Assembly: GCA_943787795.1 (NCBI GenBank)
Contig: CALSNU010000001.1
Location: 1,056,001 to 1,120,000 of the forward strand
DNA from: an uncultured bacterium
GTDB taxonomy: Bacteria; Planctomycetota; UBA1135; GCA-002686595
Length of the DNA stretch: 64,000 nucleotides
Reading direction: 5' to 3'
Below, in pieces: positions 34,853 through 42,883 of this stretch (positions are counted from its first letter, which is position 1; each line of letters starts with the position of its first letter). The translations under genes were made by a program, and so were the position numbers. Under the pieces are notes generated by a model, which searched no databases, was not told the DNA's origin, and saw nothing but the letters and a program-made list of their open reading frames with translations.

Positions 34853-35047
34853 GGCCGGACACTATCCGGCGAGCTGTCCCGGGGGGAAGTCTCCGATTGA
34901 ACGCTGTGCGCCTTGAAAAGGCCCGGAGGCCCAGCATCATGTGCCGCCAGGCTCCCGCAGACGCGCGCTTCACGCGCTGCGGCCGGGGGCCCGGGTCCCC
35001 TGCCACCGCCCTGCTCCGAGGGCACCCCAGCCCCAAGGAAACGCCAG

Positions 35048-36325
35048 ATGACTTCCGGAACCACCGTCGTGATCCTCGCCGCAGGCAAGGGCACGCGCAT
35101 GAAGAGCGAGACGCCCAAGTGCCTCCATGAACTCTGCGGGCGGTCCATGCTCGGCTGGGTCCTCGGCGCGGCGCAGGGCCTGGCCCCGGACCGGATCGTG
35201 GTCGTTGTCGGCCACGGAGCCGCCGAGGTCGAGGCTGCAGCGCGGCGTGAGCTGCCGGATGTGGACCTTCAGTTTGTGCTGCAGGAGCCGCAGCTCGGCA
35301 CGGGGCACGCGCTTCAGGTCGCGGCGCCAGCCCTGGGAGAGACGGAGCGTGTCGTGGTCACCTATGGCGACATGCCGCTCCTCTCGACCGAGAGCATGCA
35401 GTCTCTGGTGGACGCCCAGGTGGAGGCCGGCGCGCCCGGCGCCGTGTCGATCCTCACCGCGATGATCGAGGACCCCACGGGCTACGGCCGGATCCTCCGC
35501 CGCGAGGACGGCTCGTTCGAGCGGATCGTCGAGCACAAGGACGCCACCGAAGAGGAGCGCATGGTCAACGAGACTAACCTCGGTGTGTACTGCTTCGACC
35601 GGGCGACGCTGGGCGACGATCTCGCGCGGCTCGACAACGACAACGCTCAGGGCGAGTACTACATCACCGACCTGGCTGGCATGGCCGAGGCGGGCGGCCG
35701 CCCCGTGCTCCCGTTGGTGCTCGAGGACGCGGGAGAGGCCCAGGGGGTGAACGACCTGGGGCAGCTGGCAGAGGTCCGCTGGCAGATCCAGATGCGCATC
35801 CTGGAGCAGCACATGGCCGCCGGCGTGCGGATCATGGACCCGGCCACCACGTTCATTGATCACGGCGTGGAGATCGGCTGCGGCACGGAGATCCTGCCCT
35901 GCACGGTGATTCGATCGGGCGTCCAGGTCGGCGAGGGCTGCGAGGTGGGCCCCTTCACGCACCTGCGCGCAGGGGCCGTCCTGGAGGACACCGCGGAGGT
36001 CGGAAACTTCACCGAGATGAAGAACTCGACCCTGGGGAGCGGCTCCAAGGCGAAGCACCTCAGCTACCTCGGCGACGCGCGCATCGGCGCCAAGACGAAC
36101 ATCGGGGCCGGGACGATCTTCGCCAACTACGACGGGAAGGAGAAGCACCCGACCGTGGTGGGGGATCGGGCCTTCGTGGGCAGCGGCTCGATCATCGTCG
36201 CGCCCAATGAGGTCCCCGCGGGGGCGACGACGGGCGCCGGAGCCGTGATCACCCGCTCAGCGGAGATGCAAGAAGGCGAGACCTGGGTGGGGATGCCCGC
36301 CCGTAAGCTGAAGCCGAAGGCGTAA
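35048..36325 (+). CDS. glmU: Bifunctional UDP-GlcNAc pyrophosphorylase / glucosamine-1-P acetyltransferase
   Basis: ILAAGKGTRMKS..PK.LH, QLGTGHA, YGRI.R, NAQGEYY.TD, VGNF.E.K, HLSYLGDA, NIGAGTI.ANYDG. Confidence 0.97.
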   Translation: MTSGTTVVILAAGKGTRMKSETPKCLHELCGRSMLGWVLGAAQGLAPDRIVVVVGHGAAEVEAAARRELPDVDLQFVLQEPQLGTGHALQVAAPALGETERVVVTYGDMPLLSTESMQSLVDAQVEAGAPGAVSILTAMIEDPTGYGRILRREDGSFERIVEHKDATEEERMVNETNLGVYCFDRATLGDDLARLDNDNAQGEYYITDLAGMAEAGGRPVLPLVLEDAGEAQGVNDLGQLAEVRWQIQMRILEQHMAAGVRIMDPATTFIDHGVEIGCGTEILPCTVIRSGVQVGEGCEVGPFTHLRAGAVLEDTAEVGNFTEMKNSTLGSGSKAKHLSYLGDARIGAKTNIGAGTIFANYDGKEKHPTVVGDRAFVGSGSIIVAPNEVPAGATTGAGAVITRSAEMQEGETWVGMPARKLKPKA

Positions 36326-36455
36326 GCTCCCCGTTCCAACGTTCGCCCCCGGCGGACGTCACTCCCCCCGGGCGCGAGCGCGATGCGCTGCCCCTCCTCT
36401 CGACTCCCCCCCAACCCCACCCTCTGCGGCCGCGGCAAGACGCGACCTTCGTTCC

Positions 36456-37400
36456 ATGAGCAGCGCCTACGGTGACATCACACTCATCTCGGGGAACGCC
36501 CACGTCGAGCTCTCGAAGGCCATCTCGGAGTGCCTCGATCAGCCGCTGGCCTCCGCCCGTGTCGCGCGCTTCACGGACGGGGAAGTGGACATCAAGCTCG
36601 ATGAGGACATCCGCGGCCGGGACGTCTTCGTGCTTCAGCCGACCTGCCCGCCGGTCAACGAGAACTGGGTGGAGCTCCTCCTGCTGCTGGACACCCTGCG
36701 GCGCGCCAGCGCCGGGCGGATCACCGCTGTGATGCCCTACTACGGCTACGCGCGAAAGGACCGCAAGGACGAGGGCCGCGTCCCGATCAGCGCGAAGGTC
36801 GTGGCGAACACGCTGGTGGCCTGCGGGGCGGATCGAGTGGTCACCCTCGACATGCACGCGGCCCAGATCCAGGGCTTCTACGACATCCCCGTGGACCACC
36901 TCTACGCGCGCCCGGTGTTGCTGGACGAGGTGGAGTCGATGGGCCTCGAGAACCCCGTGGTGGTGACGCCGGACGTGGGGGGGACCAAGATGGCTCGGGC
37001 CTATGCCAAGCGCCTCCACGCGGACCTCGCCATCGTGGACAAGCGCCGAATCTCGGGTTCCGAGACCATGATCGAACACGTCATCGGTGAGGTCGAGGGG
37101 CGCAACTGCATCATCGTCGACGACATGATCTCGACGGGTGGTTCCATCACCCAGGCCGCGGCGGTCCTGAAGTCCAAGGGGGCGAAGGCGATCGTCATCG
37201 CGGTGAGCCACGCAGTCTTCTGCGGTCCAGCGGTGGACCGGCTCGACGCCGCTCCGGTGGACGCGATCCTCGTCACCGACTCGATCCCCCAGGGCGAGCG
37301 TCGGCCGAAGAAGCTCAAGGTCTGCAGCATCGCCCCGCTGGTGGCGCAGACGATCCGGAGCATTCATACCTCCGAGTCGGTCAGCTCCCTCTTCGAGTGA
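36456..37400 (+). CDS. prs: Ribose-phosphate pyrophosphokinase
   Basis: F.DGE, MPYYGYAR.DRK, DMHAAQIQGFYD.PVD, PDVGG, IVDDMI.TGGS, SVSSLF. Confidence 0.97.
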   Translation: MSSAYGDITLISGNAHVELSKAISECLDQPLASARVARFTDGEVDIKLDEDIRGRDVFVLQPTCPPVNENWVELLLLLDTLRRASAGRITAVMPYYGYARKDRKDEGRVPISAKVVANTLVACGADRVVTLDMHAAQIQGFYDIPVDHLYARPVLLDEVESMGLENPVVVTPDVGGTKMARAYAKRLHADLAIVDKRRISGSETMIEHVIGEVEGRNCIIVDDMISTGGSITQAAAVLKSKGAKAIVIAVSHAVFCGPAVDRLDAAPVDAILVTDSIPQGERRPKKLKVCSIAPLVAQTIRSIHTSESVSSLFE

Positions 37401-37423
37401 GGGCCTGCCCGGCGGCCAGCGTG

Positions 37424-37618
37424 GCGACTGGGTCCAGCGACTGAGTCCAGCGACTGAGTCCAGCGGCTGAGTCCAGCGGCTGAGTCCAGCGGCTGAGTCC
37501 AGCGGCTGGGTCCAGCGACTGAGTCCAGCGGCTGAGTCCAGCGGCTGAGTCCAGCGGCTGAGTCCAGCGGCTGGGTCCCGCGGCTGGGTCCAGCGGCTGG
37601 GTCCAGCGGCTGGGTCCC
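37424..37618. repeat. Tandem repeat, 15 x 13 bp (GCG[A/G]CTG[A/G]GTCC[A/C])
   Basis: 15 contiguous units counted directly, no spacers, between prs and rplY. Confidence 0.97.
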
Positions 37619-37952
37619 CGGAGCGGGCCCGCCCGACCGCGCGGGTCTCGCTCGCCCGGCCCCCTGGGCCCACCCGGCCCGCTCACCGCGGCACTCCCGA
37701 CGAGCCCCCCGGGGGTCGCGGCCTGGGACCTGGCTGTGGGCCTGACGGAGGGTCTGCCGGAGGGTCTGCCGGGGTCTGACAAAAGGTCTGATGGGGGGGC
37801 TGCCGAGGCTGCCGGGTCAGATTTATGGCCGGAGAGGGGCCCCGAGACGTGGGCGGGGTGTCTATCCTCTCGGCCTTCAAATCCTGTGCGCCACTCCGGT
37901 TCGGGCTCCGCCCGACGGTCCCGGGGGGCGACGAACCACCCAGGAAACCGAT

Positions 37953-38552
37953 ATGACCGACGCCAAGATCAGCTGCGCCGTCCGTGAATCCCTCGGCAGC
38001 CGCGCCTCTCGCCGCCTCCGCGCCATGGGGCGCGCCATCGCCAGCCTTCAGGCCGACAGTGACCACGCTCACGTCGACCTGCACTTCGACGAGGCTGAGT
38101 TCCACGCCGCCCGACGCGCTCATGCGCACCTCTTCGACCTCGAGTTCAATGGCGCGACAGAGTCCGCCATCGTCCGCGAGCTCCAGTGGGACGCCCTCGG
38201 TGACACCCTGCTCCACGTGGAGTTCAAGCGGGTCATCCGTGGCCAGAAGACCGAGTCCAGCGTGCCCCTCGCCTTCACCGGTACCCCGGCCGGCGTCCTG
38301 AACCACGACCTCGACGCGGTGACTGTGTCCTGCATCCCGTCGCTCATCCCGGACGCCATCAAGGTCTCCGTGGACGGCCTCGAGCCGGGCAGCCACGTGA
38401 AGGCCTCGGACGTGACGATGCCCGAGGGCATCGACCTGCTCCTTGATCCTGACACCGAGATCGCCGTCATCAGCGAGATGAGGGCGTCCGCCTCCACGGC
38501 CGATGAGGCCGAAGAGGCTGATGCTGAGGACGGCGAAGCCGCCGCTGACTGA
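37953..38552 (+). CDS. rplY: 50S ribosomal protein L25 (Ctc/TL5 form)
   Basis: R...G..ASRRLR..G, ELQWD.....LHVEF, C.P..IP..I.V.V..L..G; acidic tail. Confidence 0.92.
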   Translation: MTDAKISCAVRESLGSRASRRLRAMGRAIASLQADSDHAHVDLHFDEAEFHAARRAHAHLFDLEFNGATESAIVRELQWDALGDTLLHVEFKRVIRGQKTESSVPLAFTGTPAGVLNHDLDAVTVSCIPSLIPDAIKVSVDGLEPGSHVKASDVTMPEGIDLLLDPDTEIAVISEMRASASTADEAEEADAEDGEAAAD

Positions 38553-38726
38553 CCCACGCACGGCTCCGATGGGGGCCCGGTCGCCCGCTGCAGCCTTCTG
38601 GCGCAGCGGGGGTTCCGGGGCCGCTCGGCCGCCGTTACGCTCTTTCGCCGCTTCCGGGACTCTCCGGGAGCGGACCCCCGCGCCCTCCCCGGGCTGACCG
38701 CCGCGTCCTCCGCGATCGACATCACG

Positions 38727-39416
38727 ATGGCAAGACTGGTTGTTGGCCTTGGAAACCCCGGTACCGAATACGACGGCACCCGACATAACGTCGGGTTCGC
38801 CGTACTCGACCACCTGGCGGAGACGCGCGGATCGCTCTTTCGCGGACCGTCTCGCCTTGATGGCTGGACGGGGCCCCGCGGCTTCGAATGGGCGCGCTGC
38901 TCCGCTGATGGCGGGGAGGCGTTCCTGCTCAAGCCCGGAACATTCATGAACCGCTCCGGTGACATCGTCGCCCCGGTAGCGCGCTGGCTGGCCCGGCGCG
39001 GGGAACTCCCCGCCCTGGACGCCGCGCTCGACCCGGGTGATGGGGCCGCCGAGCCGCAAGTGGACATGCCCCCCCAGCCCTCACCGGACTCCATCCTCGT
39101 GGTCTATGACGACATGGACCTCGACGTGGGCAAGCTCCGTCTCCGCCCGCATGGGGGACACGGAGGGCAGAACGGGATGCGTTCCATCATCCACCGCCTG
39201 GCGACCGACAGGTTTTCTCGACTCAGGGTCGGGATCGGTCGTGCGGGCACCGACGCGGCGCGTCATGTGCTGAGTGCGTTCTCCGGACCGGAGAGGCAGG
39301 AGATCGAGGTCTCGATCGCGGAAGCGACCGAGGCCATCGAGGCCTGGCTCGATGGCGAGGCGTTCGCCGATGTCATGACGCGGTTCCACAGCCGCTGGAA
39401 CCTGCGTGATTCTTGA
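38727..39416 (+). CDS. pth: Peptidyl-tRNA hydrolase
   Basis: LVVGLGNPG.EY..TRHNVGF, KP.TFMN.SG, VYDD.DL, GHGGQNG..SI, RLRVGIG. Confidence 0.95.
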   Translation: MARLVVGLGNPGTEYDGTRHNVGFAVLDHLAETRGSLFRGPSRLDGWTGPRGFEWARCSADGGEAFLLKPGTFMNRSGDIVAPVARWLARRGELPALDAALDPGDGAAEPQVDMPPQPSPDSILVVYDDMDLDVGKLRLRPHGGHGGQNGMRSIIHRLATDRFSRLRVGIGRAGTDAARHVLSAFSGPERQEIEVSIAEATEAIEAWLDGEAFADVMTRFHSRWNLRDS

Positions 39417-39451
39417 TCGCGCACGACGTCACCTAACCCCGGAGAAGACCC

Positions 39452-39931
39452 TTGACTCAGACTTACGAGACCATGGTCCTGCTCGACAACGATGTCGTGC
39501 GACTGGACTGGAAGAAGGCGAAAGCCATCGTGACCGATACGGTCGCGAAGTACGGAGGCAGCCTTGATAGCTGCCGGCGGTGGGACGAGCGCAGGCTCGC
39601 CTATCCCATGAAGCGCAAGAACCGCGCGACGTTCTATCTCGCCTACCACGACATGCCGGGCGACATGATCCCGGGGTTCTTGCGGGACCTCGAGCTCAAC
39701 GAGTCTGTGCTCCGCTACCTGATGGTGCGCGTGGACGAGACCCCCGAGGAGGAGCGCAAGCTCGCCGCCGAGGAGGACGGCGCGGAGTACACCGTGCCCG
39801 AGCCGCCCGATGACGACCTGATCGAGATCCCGGAAGAGGAGGAGACCGACCCCCTCATGGACGTCGACATTCCCGTGGACATTCCCGCCGAGGCGTCCGC
39901 CACGGCCCCTGAACCCGCCAAGGAGGGCTGA
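39452..39931 (+). CDS. rpsF: 30S ribosomal protein S6 with long acidic tail
   Basis: YETM, W.ERRLAYP, L.LNE.VLRYL; TTG start after a GGAGA Shine-Dalgarno. Confidence 0.93.
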   Translation: MTQTYETMVLLDNDVVRLDWKKAKAIVTDTVAKYGGSLDSCRRWDERRLAYPMKRKNRATFYLAYHDMPGDMIPGFLRDLELNESVLRYLMVRVDETPEEERKLAAEEDGAEYTVPEPPDDDLIEIPEEEETDPLMDVDIPVDIPAEASATAPEPAKEG

Positions 39932-39935
39932 TCCA

Positions 39936-40148
39936 ATGAAGCGACGCGTCAAGACCATGATCGGATCGACGAACTGCGACGATCCCATCATCGATTACAA
40001 GAGCACCGAGTACCTCGAGAAGTTCCTGACCCCTCAGGGGCAGATCCTCTCCCGCCGCCGTTCGGGCTTCTGCACTCAGTGCCAGAAGCAGCTCAAGTCG
40101 GCCATCAAGCGTGCACGTCACGTCGGACTTCTCCCCTTCGTGGGCTGA
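39936..40148 (+). CDS. rpsR: 30S ribosomal protein S18
   Basis: IDYK....L.KFL...G.I..RR.SG....Q.....AIKRAR..GLLPF. Confidence 0.95.
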   Translation: MKRRVKTMIGSTNCDDPIIDYKSTEYLEKFLTPQGQILSRRRSGFCTQCQKQLKSAIKRARHVGLLPFVG

Positions 40149-40176
40149 TCGTCGTTCTGACGACAGGAGCACAGTT

Positions 40177-40728
40177 ATGAGCGACGTAGAAGTCCTACTG
40201 CAACAGAGCGTGAAGCACCTCGGCCTCGTCGGAGACGTGGTCAAGGTCAAGCCGGGCTACGCCCGGAACTACCTCTATCCCAAGCGCCTCGGCATTCCGG
40301 CCACGGAAGACGCCAAGCGCCAGATCGCCCGCCGCGCCGCCAAGGTGCGTGAGGCTGAGGCCGTGCGCCTCCAGGAGATCGCTGAGCTGGTCGGGCGCCT
40401 CGCGGGCCTCGAGTTCAAGATCACCATGAAGTCCGACCCCAACGGCAACCTTTACGGCTCGGTCAACAGCGCCAAGATCGTCGAGCTCGCCGGCGAGCAG
40501 GGCGTGACGATCGCCGAGAAGGAAGTCCGCCTCGACGCTCCCATCAAGACCGTCGGCCAGCACAAGGTGAAGATCCATGTGAAGGACGACGAGTTTGGCG
40601 AGGTCCTCGTGGACGTCGAGGCTGAAGGCAAGTCGCAGGAGGCCCTCGACGCCGAGGCCGCCGCTGAGGCCGCCCTCGATGCCGAGGCCAGCGCCGAGGG
40701 CCCCAGCGGCCCGCCGTCCGAAGACTGA
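40177..40728 (+). CDS. rplI: 50S ribosomal protein L9
   Basis: V.L...V.HLG..GDVV.VKPGYARNYL.P, G.LYGSV, PIKTVG. Confidence 0.96.
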   Translation: MSDVEVLLQQSVKHLGLVGDVVKVKPGYARNYLYPKRLGIPATEDAKRQIARRAAKVREAEAVRLQEIAELVGRLAGLEFKITMKSDPNGNLYGSVNSAKIVELAGEQGVTIAEKEVRLDAPIKTVGQHKVKIHVKDDEFGEVLVDVEAEGKSQEALDAEAAAEAALDAEASAEGPSGPPSED

Positions 40729-40906
40729 GTCGACGCGACCCCGCCCGGTGCGCCCCTGGGGGTGCTCACGAGCATGGGGACGACGATCGATCGAACAGTG
40801 GAGCCCGGGGGGACGACCCTCCGGGCTCCGCTCGTTATCCTCCAGCCAGGCCCGCGCGCGCAGCGCTGGGCCGTCAACCTTGGATCAGCAGCACGAACAG
40901 AGCGGT

Positions 40907-42793
40907 ATGGGACCTGGACCGGATGAGGGGGAGGGGCCTGACCCGACGCAGGACGTCGGGGATGTGCCGGACCACGGGGACGCGTTCGCCGGTAGCGGCT
41001 TCAACCCCGGCCGGTGGTCGTCGGATGATGACCTGCCCTCGATCGGCGCCGACTCGGCCGAGAGCGGCCAGTGGGACAGCGAGGACGGCTGGGACCCCGC
41101 GCCCATCGACGAGGGGGACGGCGGCTCCGCCGAGGCGGAGGAGAGCGCGGCGGACGTCGACGCCTCCGAGCTTCATTCTGAAGCGGCGGCGGTGAGCGCC
41201 GCCGAGCCGGCGGAAGCGTCGACCGCGAGTCGCGCAGATGGACCCGCGGCGGCGAGCGCCTCCGCGGCTGGAGCGGGCGTCGGCGGTGCGGCCAGTCCGC
41301 CCGCGTCGATCACCCAGCCTGCCCCGGGAACGCAAATGCCCGCCGCGGCCGCGGCCGGGCCGGGGGAGGAGTTCCGCTCCTTCGATCTCCCGCGTGAGGG
41401 CGGGCAGGATTCTCGCAGGGGGCGCTCTGCCGGTGGGAACCGTGTCGTGCCCCATGACCTGGGAGCGGAGCGGAGCGTCCTCGGCGCACTGATGATGAGC
41501 CCGGACCGCCTCGTGGAGGTGTCCGAGGTCTGCAAGCCAGCGAACTTCTTCGAGCGCCGGCACCGCCTCCTCTACGAGACGATGATCGAGCTGGACGCTC
41601 GCGGGCAGGTCGTCGATGGCGTCACGCTCACCTCCACGCTGCGCGCGACGCAGAAGCTCGGCGAGGTCGGGGGGATCTCCTATCTCGGCGACGTCGCCAG
41701 CTCGGTGAGCACGTCGGCGCACGTGAAGCACCACGCGTCCCTTGTCGCAGAGACCGCGAAGCTCCGGGGCCTCATCGAGGCGTCGAACGAGATCGTCGCG
41801 AAGGCCATGGAGACCCCGCCGGACCGGGACGAGGTCCAGACCCTGATCGACGAGTCGGAGTCCGCCATCTTCAGCGTCGCGGCCAGCGGTGAGACGCGGG
41901 GCGCGGCGGGGGTGAGCTCCATCCTCGACGAGGTCTTCCACGGCCTCGAGGCGCAGCGCGACCGCGGCGAGTTCACGGGCATCCCGAGCGGCTTCTATGA
42001 CCTCGATGAGATGCTCGGCGGGTTCAACCCGGGCGAGATGACGGTCATCGCGGCCCGCCCGGCCATGGGCAAGACCGCGTTCGTACTCAACCTGATGGAC
42101 CACGCCTCCACGCACGTGGCGGACAGCCTCGGGTACGCGCCGTCGGTGCTCTTCTTCAGCCTCGAGATGGGTCGGGCCTCCATCGTCCAGCGCATGCTCG
42201 TGGCGCGGGCCCAGGTGGAGGCCCACCGGCTCCGTTCTGGTCGCCTCCATGACCGGGAGTACGCTGACCTCGTGGAGGCCGCCGGGGTGCTGAAGAGCGC
42301 TCGCCTCTTCATCGATGACACCCCCGGACTCTCGATCATGGCGCTCCGTAGCCGGGCGCGCAGGCTCAAGGCGGAGCACGGCCTCGACATGATCGTGATC
42401 GACTACCTCCAGCTGCTCTCGGCCAAGGCGGAGAGCCGCCAGCAGGAGATCAGCATGATCTCGCGCTCGCTGAAGGAGCTGGCCCGTGAGCTTGAGATCC
42501 CGCTGATCACGCTCGCCCAGCTGTCCCGGAGCGTGGAGTCCAGGGAGGAGAAGCGCCCCCAGCTCTCCGACCTGCGCGAATCTGGCTCGATCGAGCAGGA
42601 CGCCGACGTCGTGGCCATGCTGTACCGCCCGGAGTACTACTTCCCGATCGACGAGAACAAGGGCAAGGCGGAGGTGCTGATCGTCAAGCACAGGAACGGC
42701 GCGACGGGCACGGTCGAGCTCCAGTTCCAGGGAGCGATGCTGCGCTTCTCCAACCGCGAGCCCTCGATGGCAGAGCCCATCACTGGGCTGTAG
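40907..42793 (+). CDS. dnaB: Replicative DNA helicase with possible long acidic N-terminal extension (start uncertain: 40880, 40907 or 41336)
   Basis: PH...AE.SVLG, AARPAMGKT, FSLEM, IDDTP, DYLQL, SDLRESGSIEQDAD, KHRNG.TG. Confidence 0.95.
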   Translation: MGPGPDEGEGPDPTQDVGDVPDHGDAFAGSGFNPGRWSSDDDLPSIGADSAESGQWDSEDGWDPAPIDEGDGGSAEAEESAADVDASELHSEAAAVSAAEPAEASTASRADGPAAASASAAGAGVGGAASPPASITQPAPGTQMPAAAAAGPGEEFRSFDLPREGGQDSRRGRSAGGNRVVPHDLGAERSVLGALMMSPDRLVEVSEVCKPANFFERRHRLLYETMIELDARGQVVDGVTLTSTLRATQKLGEVGGISYLGDVASSVSTSAHVKHHASLVAETAKLRGLIEASNEIVAKAMETPPDRDEVQTLIDESESAIFSVAASGETRGAAGVSSILDEVFHGLEAQRDRGEFTGIPSGFYDLDEMLGGFNPGEMTVIAARPAMGKTAFVLNLMDHASTHVADSLGYAPSVLFFSLEMGRASIVQRMLVARAQVEAHRLRSGRLHDREYADLVEAAGVLKSARLFIDDTPGLSIMALRSRARRLKAEHGLDMIVIDYLQLLSAKAESRQQEISMISRSLKELARELEIPLITLAQLSRSVESREEKRPQLSDLRESGSIEQDADVVAMLYRPEYYFPIDENKGKAEVLIVKHRNGATGTVELQFQGAMLRFSNREPSMAEPITGL

Positions 42794-42883
42794 CCATCGG
42801 CAGCGCTGGCTTTGTACGCTCCCAGCCCCCCTGGCCCCAGATCCGCCCCAGGATCGTCGCCGGGGGCCCAGCCCAACCCCAAC

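Noticed and set aside
37424..37618. Possible CRISPR array
   Set aside because: 13-bp units are contiguous with no unique spacers, and there are no cas genes in the window
36249..37782. ORFs with repeated SAAGLSRWTQPLD peptides
   Set aside because: Produced by reading through the 13-bp array, antisense to prs
41450..42793. Intein in DnaB
   Set aside because: Helicase motifs are contiguous and the core has normal length
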